Below, piece by piece: positions 7,874 through 16,755 of a DNA stretch of 64,000 bases (its first letter is position 1; each line of letters starts with the position of its first letter). The notes below the pieces were generated by a model. It saw only the letters and a program-made list of their open reading frames with translations. It made no database searches and was not told the DNA's origin. The position numbers and the translations under genes were made by a program. The DNA is from an uncultured Clostridia bacterium (GTDB lineage: Bacteria; Bacillota; Clostridia; Oscillospirales; CAG-272), in assembly GCA_947631765.1 (NCBI GenBank), contig CANRMP010000007.1:72647-136646 (forward strand), read 5' to 3'.

Positions 7874-8668
7874 TTAAAGATTCCATGTGTGTTTTATATA
7901 ATTAATCATAAGGGGCAGCCACTGTGCGGTGTGGGGACATTCGCTAAGTGCGCAGTCGTATCCGAGACCGTGCCGTCCCTCCGGAAAGATATGAAGCTCA
8001 AATGGAATTTTCTTTTCGGAAAGGGCTGCCGCAAACATGAGAGAGTTTTCACAGGGAACGCAATCGTCTGCGGCTGTATGCCATATAAAGCATGGCGGTG
8101 TATCGCTTCTCACCGCTTTTTCCGAGGACAGATAATCGCAAAGCGCCTTGTCCTCCTTGCCGCCGAGAATATTATTTGTAGTGTCCCGATGTGTGAACTT
8201 GCCACCTATATTTATCACCGAATAGCACAAAATACCCATATCGGGTCGGCATGATATTTTATCTGTTTCATCCGAGCCTGAAATTCCGTAATCAAAATGT
8301 GTAAGCCCTATCGAGGCAAGATGCCCTCCCGCGGAAAAGCCGAGTAATGCTATTTTATTTTGGTCGTATCCGTATTTTCCCGCAAGTGAGCGGCAGACTC
8401 TGACCGCTCTGTTTATATCGCACTGCATTACAGGGTGTGAGTAGGGCGCAATGCGGTATCTTAGCAAAAACGCCGAAATACCGTTTTCGTTGAGCTTTTT
8501 TGCAATCGACATGCCCTCGTGTTCGCCGGCAATATGGCAATATGCGCCGCCCGGTATGACAATAACGCACGCTTTTGAGTTTTCTACAATACAGGGAAAG
8601 AGAGCGGGTACCTCCTGGCGATATTCCGGACGAAAATAAGGAGTATCGTTATCCCATAATGCTATCAT
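7874..8668 (-). CDS. Alpha/beta-hydrolase fold esterase or lipase (Aes/acetyl-esterase-like)
   Basis: This 264-aa ORF has the nucleophile elbow GFSAGGHLA, an HGGA-like IPGGAY oxyanion region, and a C-terminal HIFPEGRHG segment (His of the triad). Confidence 0.8.
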   Translation of the reverse strand: MIALWDNDTPYFRPEYRQEVPALFPCIVENSKACVIVIPGGAYCHIAGEHEGMSIAKKLNENGISAFLLRYRIAPYSHPVMQCDINRAVRVCRSLAGKYGYDQNKIALLGFSAGGHLASIGLTHFDYGISGSDETDKISCRPDMGILCYSVINIGGKFTHRDTTNNILGGKEDKALCDYLSSEKAVRSDTPPCFIWHTAADDCVPCENSLMFAAALSEKKIPFELHIFPEGRHGLGYDCALSECPHTAQWLPLMINYIKHTWNL

Positions 8669-8707
8669 CTGTAATTTCCTTTCGTTTTTTTAATTATTTC
8701 TCATATA

Positions 8708-8736
8708 ATTATACATTTTATCCTTCCCGTTGTCAA
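8708..8736 (-). promoter_or_regulatory. Consensus sigma-70 promoter for the esterase gene
   Basis: Read on the minus strand: TTGACA (8736-8731), a 17-nt spacer ending in TG, and TATAAT (8713-8708). Confidence 0.55.
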
Positions 8737-8754
8737 TAATTAAATTTAGACTCA

Positions 8755-8783
8755 TTGACAAAGGCGTGCTGTGATGTTATAAT
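8755..8783 (+). promoter_or_regulatory. Consensus extended -10 promoter for 8847-10090
   Basis: TTGACA (8755-8760), a 17-nt spacer, and TGtTATAAT with the hexamer at 8778-8783. Confidence 0.55.
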
Positions 8784-8846
8784 AATTGCAGTCGGGTTTG
8801 CCTATATGCGGTTGGTATTTCATACTATTTGAAAGGAAAATGTAAA

Positions 8847-9314
8847 ATGACAAGTCATGCAGAGAGAGCGAAAACACTTTTTTATGAGGGATACAATTGT
8901 GCGCAATCTGTCTTGCTTGCGTTTTCCGACATGACAGGGCTTGACGACAGCACCGCCATGCGCCTTGCTTCTTCCTTTGGCGGTGGCATGGGCAGAATGA
9001 GGGAGACCTGCGGGGCAGTCTGCGCCGCCTTTATGGTTATCGGCTTGCTTTACGGTTATGACGACCCCACTGCGGTTATCGAAAAAAGCGAGCACTATGC
9101 CCGAATCCAGGAGATAAGCCGTCGTTTTAAAAGTCAGAACGGCAGTATTATATGCCGCGAGCTGCTCGGAGCCAACGGCGTCGACACCTCGCCGACCCCT
9201 TCTTTAAGAACTGCGGAATACTACAAAAAGCGTCCCTGTCCCGATATATGCGCTTTTGCAGCAGGGCTTGTCGATCAATATATTGAAGAGAATCCTCTTA
9301 AATATTACAGATAA
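8847..9314 (+). CDS. C_GCAxxG_C_C family (putative redox-active) protein
   Basis: Family signatures are GYNCAQSVLLAF and CGAVCAAFMVIG plus a C-terminal Cys pair. I prefer the ATG at 8847 with RBS AAAGGA over the TTG at 8829 in the ORF track. Confidence 0.75.
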   Translation: MTSHAERAKTLFYEGYNCAQSVLLAFSDMTGLDDSTAMRLASSFGGGMGRMRETCGAVCAAFMVIGLLYGYDDPTAVIEKSEHYARIQEISRRFKSQNGSIICRELLGANGVDTSPTPSLRTAEYYKKRPCPDICAFAAGLVDQYIEENPLKYYR

Positions 9315-9346
9315 ATAAAAAAATGAAAAGGAGCATTGGTATTGGT

Positions 9347-10090
9347 ATGAAATACGGAATACAGCTTTACGGACTTCGTGATATCACCGGTAAGGATATG
9401 GAGGGCGCCCTTTGCGAGGTTGCAAAAATAGGTTACTCATATGTTGAGTTTGCCGGATTTTTCGGACATTCATCAAAGGAAATTTCCGATATGCTTGAAA
9501 AGTACAATCTTGAAGTCAGCGGAACGCACACCTCATGGCAGGAGCTTCTTCCCGAAAACTATGAAAAGACGATTAAATACCACAAAGAAATCGGAAATAA
9601 AAATATTATCATCCCGAGCGCCGATTTTTCCACAAGAGCGAAGCTTGACGAATTTGTGGATTTTATAAACGTTACCGAGCCGAAACTTAGGCGCGACGGC
9701 ATAGCGCTTCATTATCACAACCACTCGACCGAATTTCTAAAAAGCGATTACGGCACCGTGGTTCACACCGAGCTTGAAAAGAGGAGCAATATTAAATTTC
9801 AAATAGATACATACTGGGCTTTCCATGCCGGAAAAGACCCTGTAGAGCTTATGAGTGCGCTTCGTGACAGAATAGATGTAATTCACATAAAGGACGGCAT
9901 GGCAAACGGCAGCGGCAAGCCGCTCGGACAGGGCGAAGCACCCGTTAAAGCCGTCTATGAGTGCGCAAAAAAACTCGGTATGCTCATGGTGGTGGAGAGC
10001 GAAACTCTCGCTCCCGACGGCGCCACCGAGGCGCGCGTTTGCTTTGAATATCTTAAAAAGCTTGAAAGCGGTGAGCTTAAAAAAATATAA
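9347..10090 (+). CDS. Sugar phosphate isomerase/epimerase (xylose isomerase-like TIM barrel)
   Basis: MKYGIQLYGLRD is a typical N-terminus, and YVEFAGF, HYHNH and IHIKD motifs are present. An alternative upstream ATG at 9323 lacks an RBS. Confidence 0.75.
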   Translation: MKYGIQLYGLRDITGKDMEGALCEVAKIGYSYVEFAGFFGHSSKEISDMLEKYNLEVSGTHTSWQELLPENYEKTIKYHKEIGNKNIIIPSADFSTRAKLDEFVDFINVTEPKLRRDGIALHYHNHSTEFLKSDYGTVVHTELEKRSNIKFQIDTYWAFHAGKDPVELMSALRDRIDVIHIKDGMANGSGKPLGQGEAPVKAVYECAKKLGMLMVVESETLAPDGATEARVCFEYLKKLESGELKKI

Positions 10091-10175
10091 CCGCCGGCAA
10101 TACGCGCAAACGTTTTGCATCTGCGGCGTATGATTTAAAGCTTTTAAGAGCTTGAGGCATTACCGAATACAAAAA

Positions 10176-10212
10176 GATGCCCGCCGAAAGCTTGTTTCTT
10201 TCGGAGGGCATC
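10176..10212. terminator. Hairpin between convergent genes
   Basis: A 15-bp stem GATGCCCGCCGAAAG / CTTTCGGAGGGCATC has one mismatch and the loop CTTGTTT. Confidence 0.5.
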
Positions 10213-10224
10213 GGCTTACCTGCT

Positions 10225-10686
10225 TTACACGACTTCCTGTTCTGCTTTTACAAACGTCAGCCCCGGAAGAGCGGAGCCTAAATTTGAATAGTAATATTTA
10301 AGTATATCGCTTCGCGTGACTATTCCTATAAAGTTGTTGAGATCGTCAACAACCGGGACGAAGTTCTGATTTATCGAGCTTGTCACAAGGTCCTCAATCG
10401 GGCTTGTAATACCCACCGGAGGATTCTTTTTGGTATCAAGTATACGCGAAATAGGGGTGCTTTCCATATCGGATATTTTGGTCTTTTTTATGCTTTTGCC
10501 GTCGTCTACAAGATACCATAAAAAGTCGCCTTCGCTGACCGTTCCGACGTATTTATTGTCCTTGGATATGACGGGAATTGCGGTGTAACCGTAATGCCTT
10601 ATTTTTTCAAGACCCTGACGAAGCGAGCAGTCGTCATAAAGAAAAGCAATTTTGCTTTTCGGCAACAGGAAAAATGCGATGTTCAC
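10225..10686 (-). CDS. Stand-alone CBS-domain pair protein
   Basis: CBS-like strings include GYTAIPVISKDNKYVGTVSEGDFL and NFVPVVDDLNNFIGIVTRSDIL. I prefer the GTG start at 10686, which has RBS GAGGTGA 5 nt upstream. The longer ORF to 10797 has no RBS and an implausible N-terminus. Confidence 0.75.
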   Translation of the reverse strand: MNIAFFLLPKSKIAFLYDDCSLRQGLEKIRHYGYTAIPVISKDNKYVGTVSEGDFLWYLVDDGKSIKKTKISDMESTPISRILDTKKNPPVGITSPIEDLVTSSINQNFVPVVDDLNNFIGIVTRSDILKYYYSNLGSALPGLTFVKAEQEVV

Positions 10687-10989
10687 TCTTATCACCTCAC
10701 GAGTATTATACACTATAAATACAAACAGTTTATAAATACGGAGTAAACTTTGTTCATTTTCACAAAAAAATTTTACCCCGTAGGAAAATGAAACCATATA
10801 GATTTTAACCGCCCTTAACAGTTATATTCAGCCGATATTTTCTTGTATCGGGTGCCGAAGTGTCGATTATTGCCGCCTTTTCGGTAAGAAAAAAGCAATA
10901 TGAGGCAATATAAAGATTCAAAAATCATGTTTTGTAAAAAGTGTACAAAAAATTTATATCAAATTTGTTAAGTATGTTGTTTTTGTCTC

Positions 10990-11018
10990 TTTACAAATTT
11001 GTGTGCGTATGATAAAAT
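10990..11018 (+). promoter_or_regulatory. Candidate adhE promoter
   Basis: TTTACA (10990-10995), a 17-nt spacer, and TGaTAAAAT with the hexamer at 11013-11018. The 10-bp palindrome ACAAATTTGT (10993-11002) overlaps the -35. Confidence 0.4.
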
Positions 11019-11103
11019 TATTAAAGCAGAATGTTAAATAAATAACAATGTAAACACATATATAATCTTTCATGTATATACGGAAAGGAAGGGCATTTTT
11101 ATC

Positions 11104-13719
11104 ATGAAAAAGGATTACCCTATAATTGACAGTGTTGAAAAGCTTGAAAACGCCATAGACCGTGTAAAGAAGGCGCAGGCAAAGTTTGCCCTCTATACAC
11201 AGGAGCAGGTAGACCAAATATTCAAAGCCGCCGCTATTGCCGCAAATTCGGCAAGAATACCTCTTGCAAAGCTTGCGGTTGCCGAAACGGGAATGGGCGT
11301 TGTTGAAGATAAAGTTATAAAAAACAATTACGCAGCCGAGTATATATACAACGCCTACAAAAACACAAAAACCTGCGGTGTTATCGAGCGGGACGAGGTA
11401 TTTGGAACGATGCGAATTGCCGAGCCTATCGGTGTTATTGCGGCGGTAATACCCACCACAAACCCCACCTCCACCGCCATATTCAAAACTCTTATTGCCC
11501 TTAAAACCAGAAACGGCATAATAATAAGCCCTCACCCGAGAGCCAAAAAAAGCACCATTGAGGCGGCAAAGATTGTGCTTGAAGCGGCCGTTGAGGCAGG
11601 CGCGCCCGAGGATATTATCTCATGGATCGATATTCCGAGTCTTGAAATGACAAATCTTGTTATGAAGGAAGCGGACATAATACTTGCAACGGGCGGACCG
11701 GGCATGGTTAAGGCGGCGTACTCGAGCGGAAAGCCCGCTCTCGGCGTCGGCGCGGGAAACACTCCGGCAATTATTGACGAGAGCGCGGATATAGTTCTTG
11801 CGGTAAACTCCATAATCCATTCAAAGACCTTTGACAACGGCATGATATGCGCCTCCGAGCAGTCTGTCATAGTTCTCGGCTCGGTATATGAGGCGGTAAA
11901 AGCCGAGTTTGCGGCAAGGGGATGCTATTTCCTTTCTCCCGAAGAGACCGAAAAGGTTCGCAAAACCATGATAATAAACGGCGCGTTAAATGCCAAAATA
12001 GTCGGTCAAAAAGCTTATACCATTGCGAAAATGGCGGGAGTTAATGTTCCCGAGCGCACCAAGGTTTTAATAGGCGAGGTTGAAAGCGTAGATATTTCCG
12101 AAGAGTTTGCGCACGAAAAGCTCTCTCCGGTGCTTGCCATGTACAAGGCAAACAGTATTGACGAAGCCTTTGACAAAGCCGAACGGCTTATTGCCGACGG
12201 CGGCTACGGTCACACCTCCTCGATATATCTTAACGCGGTTACACAAAGAGAAAAAATAGAGAGATTTGCAGCTCGCATGAAAACCTGCAGAATACTTGTA
12301 AACACTCCGTCCTCGCACGGCGGAATAGGGGATCTTTACAACTTTGACCTTTCTCCCTCGCTTACTCTCGGATGCGGAAGCTGGGGAGGCAACTCGGTTT
12401 CCGAAAACGTTGGTGTAAAACATCTTCTCAATATTAAAACCGTCGCCGAAAGGAGAGAAAACATGCTTTGGCTCAGAACTCCCGAAAAGATATACATCAA
12501 AAAAGGCTGTCTGCCTGTTGCTCTTGATGAAGTCGGCAACGTTATGGGCAAGAAAAGGGCGTTTATTGTGACCGACAGCTTTCTTTACAAGAACGGGTAC
12601 ACAAAAGCTATAGAAAAAAAGCTTGACGAAATGGGCATAGTTCACACCGCATTCTCGGATGTTGAACCCGACCCGAGCCTTGCCTCTGCAAAAGCGGGCG
12701 CCGCCATGATGACAAGCTTTGCTCCCGATGTGATTATAGCTCTCGGCGGAGGCTCGGCAATGGATGCGGCAAAGATAATGTGGGTGCTTTACGAGCATCC
12801 CGAGGTCGATTTTATCGATATGGCTATGCGCTTTATGGACATAAGAAAGAGAATATATACCTTCCCCAAAATGGGTGAAAAAGCCTATTTTATAGCTATT
12901 CCCACTTCAGCCGGAACCGGCTCCGAGGTAACTCCCTTTGCGGTCATTACCGACCAAAGCTCAGGAATAAAGTATCCTCTTGCGGATTATGAGCTTCTTC
13001 CCGATATGGCGATTGTTGACGTCGATCTTATGATGAGCGCGCCCAAGGGACTTACAAGCGCTTCGGGTATCGACGCTCTAATACATGATCTTGAGGCGTA
13101 CGTTTCGATAATGGCGACCGATTATACCGACTCGCTTGCGCTCGGATCAGTCAAAATGATATTTGAATATCTCCCTCGCGCCTATGAGGACGGAGCAAAC
13201 GATATTGTTGCAAGAGAAAAAATGGCGAACGCCGCTACCATGGCGGGAATGGCTTTTGCAAACGCCTTTCTCGGGGTATGCCACTCCATGGCTCACAAGC
13301 TGGGAGCCTTCCATCATCTGCCTCACGGAATTGCAAACGCACTGCTTATAGATGAGGTCATAAGGTTCAACTCTGCCGATATTCCCACAAAAATGGGCAC
13401 CTTCCCGCAGTACGCTTACCCGCACGCAAAGAGCAGATACGCCGAGATTGCGAAGAGTCTCGGGCTTTGTGGCGAAAATGACGATGAAAGAGTCGAAAAG
13501 CTGATTGCTCTTATTGACGAGCTTAAGGTTAAGGTTGGCATAAAGTCCTGCATTAAGGATTACGGTATTGATGAAAAGGATTTCCTTGACCGACTTGACG
13601 AAATGGTCGAGCAGGCGTTTGACGATCAGTGCACCGGAGCAAACCCGAGATATCCCCTGATGAGCGAAATAAAACAGATGTATATAAATGCCTACTACGG
13701 CACGCACACCGAGGTTTAA
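11104..13719 (+). CDS. adhE: Bifunctional acetaldehyde-CoA/alcohol dehydrogenase
   Basis: This 871-aa ORF has an N-terminal aldehyde dehydrogenase domain (catalytic-Cys region MICASEQS) and a C-terminal iron-dependent ADH domain (GGGSAMDAAK and the His cluster HSMAHKLGAFHHLPHG). Confidence 0.95.
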   Translation: MKKDYPIIDSVEKLENAIDRVKKAQAKFALYTQEQVDQIFKAAAIAANSARIPLAKLAVAETGMGVVEDKVIKNNYAAEYIYNAYKNTKTCGVIERDEVFGTMRIAEPIGVIAAVIPTTNPTSTAIFKTLIALKTRNGIIISPHPRAKKSTIEAAKIVLEAAVEAGAPEDIISWIDIPSLEMTNLVMKEADIILATGGPGMVKAAYSSGKPALGVGAGNTPAIIDESADIVLAVNSIIHSKTFDNGMICASEQSVIVLGSVYEAVKAEFAARGCYFLSPEETEKVRKTMIINGALNAKIVGQKAYTIAKMAGVNVPERTKVLIGEVESVDISEEFAHEKLSPVLAMYKANSIDEAFDKAERLIADGGYGHTSSIYLNAVTQREKIERFAARMKTCRILVNTPSSHGGIGDLYNFDLSPSLTLGCGSWGGNSVSENVGVKHLLNIKTVAERRENMLWLRTPEKIYIKKGCLPVALDEVGNVMGKKRAFIVTDSFLYKNGYTKAIEKKLDEMGIVHTAFSDVEPDPSLASAKAGAAMMTSFAPDVIIALGGGSAMDAAKIMWVLYEHPEVDFIDMAMRFMDIRKRIYTFPKMGEKAYFIAIPTSAGTGSEVTPFAVITDQSSGIKYPLADYELLPDMAIVDVDLMMSAPKGLTSASGIDALIHDLEAYVSIMATDYTDSLALGSVKMIFEYLPRAYEDGANDIVAREKMANAATMAGMAFANAFLGVCHSMAHKLGAFHHLPHGIANALLIDEVIRFNSADIPTKMGTFPQYAYPHAKSRYAEIAKSLGLCGENDDERVEKLIALIDELKVKVGIKSCIKDYGIDEKDFLDRLDEMVEQAFDDQCTGANPRYPLMSEIKQMYINAYYGTHTEV

Positions 13720-13748
13720 TAACAGAAGCGCCGAAAGGATAAAAAAAA

Positions 13749-13795
13749 AACAAGAATATTTGCCTTAAAAATGCGGCGATATTCTTGTTTTTTAT
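13749..13795. terminator. Bidirectional terminator between adhE and malQ
   Basis: An A10 tract precedes the stem AACAAGAATAT (13749-13759) / ATATTCTTGTT (13779-13789), which is followed by TTTTT. Confidence 0.6.
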
Positions 13796-13802
13796 ATTTG
13801 TT

Positions 13803-15239
13803 TTAATTGCATCTTCCGTACAGAGAGTTCAGCCTCTTCCACATTTGCGAGTCGATAAGCTTTAGCTGGTCTGAGGTAACGCGGTACTGCCAATTGCCCT
13901 CTGCCACTCCCGGGCGATTCATTCTTGTATCCGAGCCGTAGCCGAGGATGTCCTGAATGGGGAAAATAACCGTATCGGCGTGGGACGCCATTATGGTTTT
14001 GATTATTGAAATAGTGCCGCCCTTCCAGTCTCCCGTGTGATTGCAGTATTCAAGCATACAGCGTCTGGTATTATCGTCAAGCTCCCACAGATATCCGAGC
14101 AGGGTATTGTTGTCGTGAGTTCCTGAGTACGCAACGCAATTGTCGGTGTAATTATGCGGCATATGTGTGCTTTCCCCGCCGAGAAAGGCAAACTGAAAGA
14201 CGCGCATACCCGGAAGTCCGCTTTTTTCAAGCAGCGAGACAACCTTTTCGTCAATATCGCCGAGATCTTCGGCGATTATCAGCTTTTTTCCCGCCGCCTT
14301 TTTGATAAGCTTTACAAATTCAAGCCCGGGACCCGGGTACCATTTTCCGCTCTTTGCGGTTGTCTCCTTTGCATCTACGGCAAAATATTCGGAAAACGCG
14401 CGGAAATGGTCTATACGTATGCCGTCAAACAAGGTGAGCTGCCACTTTATACGGTCGAGCCACCAGGAGTAGCCGTCCTTTTTCATAAACTCCCAGTTGT
14501 AGAGCGGATTGCCCCAAAGCTGTCCGTCGGGTGAAAAATAATCGGGAGGAACGCCGGCGACCTTTTCGGGCTTGCCGTCTTTGTCAAGCAGAAAATTCTC
14601 TTTACCGAAATACAAATCACTGCTGTCGGTGTCGACGTAAATGGGAAGATCTCCGATAATTCGAACCCCTTTTTTATTTGCGTGTTCTTTGACCTTGCTC
14701 CACTCAACAAAAAATTCGTGCTGAATGAAGCGATGCATAAATTCAAGCGCTTCCTTTTCTTTATTTGACGTTAAAGAAGCTGCGCTCTTTTGAGTTACGT
14801 ATTTGCAGTAATTGCCAAGATGAGGATGAGAGGATATGAAAGAGTTTATTTCGTTTTTGTGCTCCGAATCTACGCGCAAGGAGGCTTTAAGGAGCAATTT
14901 TTCACGCTCGCTTGCAAGGCTTTTAAATTCGCACAGATATGGCTGTGTTTGGCGGGAGGCAAGAAGCTCGTCTTTTGTAAGCAGTCCTTTTGAATAAAGT
15001 GTATCAAGGTCGATAAAATAGGGATTTCCGGCAAAAGCGGATATCGCTTTATATGGCGAGCCGTACTCGTCCGGAACCGAGAAGGGAAGCACCTGCCAGA
15101 CCGAAAATCCGCACTCGCTTAAAAGGTCTGCAAAGTCATATGCGGCTTTTCCGAAAGAGCCGCACATGTATAAGCCGGGAAGGGAGGATATATGCATAAG
15201 TATTCCGCTTGAACGCTTCATAACTGTTTTACCTTTCAT
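13803..15239 (-). CDS. malQ: 4-alpha-glucanotransferase (amylomaltase, GH77)
   Basis: The N-terminus MKRSSGILMHISSLPG is typical of the family, and IGDLPIYV and RIDHFRAF motifs are present. The start may instead be Met7 at 15221. Confidence 0.9.
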   Translation of the reverse strand: MKGKTVMKRSSGILMHISSLPGLYMCGSFGKAAYDFADLLSECGFSVWQVLPFSVPDEYGSPYKAISAFAGNPYFIDLDTLYSKGLLTKDELLASRQTQPYLCEFKSLASEREKLLLKASLRVDSEHKNEINSFISSHPHLGNYCKYVTQKSAASLTSNKEKEALEFMHRFIQHEFFVEWSKVKEHANKKGVRIIGDLPIYVDTDSSDLYFGKENFLLDKDGKPEKVAGVPPDYFSPDGQLWGNPLYNWEFMKKDGYSWWLDRIKWQLTLFDGIRIDHFRAFSEYFAVDAKETTAKSGKWYPGPGLEFVKLIKKAAGKKLIIAEDLGDIDEKVVSLLEKSGLPGMRVFQFAFLGGESTHMPHNYTDNCVAYSGTHDNNTLLGYLWELDDNTRRCMLEYCNHTGDWKGGTISIIKTIMASHADTVIFPIQDILGYGSDTRMNRPGVAEGNWQYRVTSDQLKLIDSQMWKRLNSLYGRCN

Positions 15240-16234
15240 TAACTGTTTTCTTCTTTGATTTTTTCGATAAGGGCGATAATTTCAGCTTTGGTTTTGGCGC
15301 TGTTTATCTTTTCTCTGAAATACGCCGCGCCGCGAAGTCCCTTGACGTACCATATAAGCTGTCCGCGCGCCTCTCGGCAGGCGACCTCTTCTCCCTTGTT
15401 TTTTGCAAGAAGCTCAAGATGCGCGATTGCCGTATTTAATATTTCCTCATTTGTGGGAGTACGATATTCTTCACCCTTTATTTTGGCAATAATCTTAGAA
15501 AATATCTGCGGGTCGCCCCTTGCGCCTCTTGCAATTGCCACGCCGTCGCAGCCCGTCTCTTGCATCATGCGCAGAGCATCCTCGACGGTGTATATTCCGC
15601 CGTTTCCTATAACGGGTATTTTCACCGTCTCTTTCACCCTTTTGATTATTTCAAAATTTACCGGCGGAGAGTACATCTGCTCTCTTGTTCTGCCGTGAAC
15701 GCAAACAAGCGAGGCTCCGGCGCTTTCGGCGGCTGACGCACACTCGGGGGCGTTAAGGCTGTCTTTGTCCCAGCCGGCGCGCATTTTAACGGTTATCGGA
15801 ATATCCACAGACCTTGCGACGGCGTCAACAATTTTAAAAATTCTTTCTGGGAATTTCATAAGGGCGCTGCCCTCGTTGTTTGACACCACTTTTTTTACCG
15901 GGCACCCCATATTTATATCAATTGCGGCGGGTAGTATGCGGCTTTCGCACCCGTGATAGCAAGAGTTTGCTATCTTATACGCCGCCTCAGCCATAATATC
16001 GGGGTCTGAGCCGAAAATTTGAACTCCTATCGGATGCTCATCCTCATAAAGCTTTGCCAATAAAGCGGTCTTTTTGTCGTTATAATGTATTGCGTTTGCG
16101 CTTATCATTTCGGTGAATGTGAAAGAGGCGCCGAAATGTCGGCAGATTTTGCGAAAAGCGTAGTCGGTGATACCCGCCATAGGCGCAAGAAATACCGGAT
16201 ACTCAATAACCGTGTTTTTGAGAATTATCGACAT
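15239..16234 (-). CDS. dus: tRNA-dihydrouridine synthase
   Basis: Motifs include FLAPMAGITDYAFR, NMGCPVKKV and VCVHGRT. I chose Met29 at 16234 (RBS AAGGATA) because the longer ORF to 16318 runs into the RNase P RNA. The stop overlaps the malQ start as TAATG. Confidence 0.88.
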   Translation of the reverse strand: MSIILKNTVIEYPVFLAPMAGITDYAFRKICRHFGASFTFTEMISANAIHYNDKKTALLAKLYEDEHPIGVQIFGSDPDIMAEAAYKIANSCYHGCESRILPAAIDINMGCPVKKVVSNNEGSALMKFPERIFKIVDAVARSVDIPITVKMRAGWDKDSLNAPECASAAESAGASLVCVHGRTREQMYSPPVNFEIIKRVKETVKIPVIGNGGIYTVEDALRMMQETGCDGVAIARGARGDPQIFSKIIAKIKGEEYRTPTNEEILNTAIAHLELLAKNKGEEVACREARGQLIWYVKGLRGAAYFREKINSAKTKAEIIALIEKIKEENS

Positions 16235-16261
16235 TAAATTTATCCTTATTTTGCAAAAGAT

Positions 16262-16618
16262 ATAAAACTGGGCATGTAAGCCGGGTTCTGTTTCGCATTT
16301 ATATGCGACTGCCGCCATCTATCTTGACTTTATGTTGCCATAAAGCTCTTTGCCACCCCCGAGCATATGTCGGGCAAACTGCCCATATGGGGTGTTGCTT
16401 CGGATAGGGTTTACACTTGCATCATGTTGCCATAATGCCGGTGAGCTCTTACCTCGCCTTTTCATCCTTACCGCATTGCGGCGGTTGTTTTCTGTTGCAC
16501 TTTCCCGGAGGTCGCCCTCGGCGGACGTTATCCGTTATCCTGCCCTGTGAAGCCCAGACTTTCCTCACGGTAATACCTTACGGCATGATACCGCGCGGCG
16601 GCACCGCCCAGTTTCTTC
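16262..16618 (-). ncRNA. rnpB: RNase P RNA (bacterial, about 357 nt)
   Basis: The minus strand reads GAGGAAAGTCTGGGCTTCACAGGGCAG (core at 16552-16566) and ACAGAACCCGGCTTAC (16276-16291). These match the universally conserved P4 and 3-prime elements. The P1 stem forms between GAAACTGGGC (5-prime) and GCCCAGTTTT (3-prime, 16264-16273). A consensus promoter lies directly upstream. Confidence 0.9.
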
Positions 16619-16621
16619 TAC

Positions 16622-16650
16622 ATTATAACGCAAAAAAGGTCATTTGTCAA
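16622..16650 (-). promoter_or_regulatory. Consensus promoter of rnpB
   Basis: Read on the minus strand: TTGACA (16650-16645), a 17-nt spacer and TATAAT (16627-16622). The predicted start lies a few nt before GAAGAAACTGGGC. Confidence 0.6.
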
Positions 16651-16755
16651 AGGTAAAAGTAAAATTTCAAAATATTTATGGAAATTCACAGATAATTAAT
16701 AATAATGTATTATAATATCTTGATAAATGTGTCAAAAGGAAGGACACTGTGTTAT

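Noticed and set aside
8731-8760. The inverted repeat TTGTCAAT-N16-ATTGACAA could be a regulator binding site.
   Set aside because: It is fully explained as the two -35 hexamers of back-to-back divergent consensus promoters. Each has its own 17-nt spacer and TATAAT box.
10925-11010. A Rex-type redox repressor operator might lie upstream of adhE, given TTGTTAAGTATG, TTTGTAAAAAGTGTACAAA and ACAAATTTGT.
   Set aside because: None of these matches an 18-bp TTGTGAA-N4-TTCACAA-type palindrome in both half-sites. Only short A/T-rich palindromes are present, and these are common in AT-rich leaders. The idea is not supportable without a motif scan.
16235-16318. The dus ORF has an N-terminal extension (MAAVAYKCETEPGLHAQFYIF...), and short + strand ORFs lie at 16350-16656.
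   Set aside because: This stretch is the 3-prime part and body of the RNase P RNA, including ACAGAACCCGGCTTAC. The internal Met at 16234 has a proper RBS and gives a canonical Dus N-terminus.
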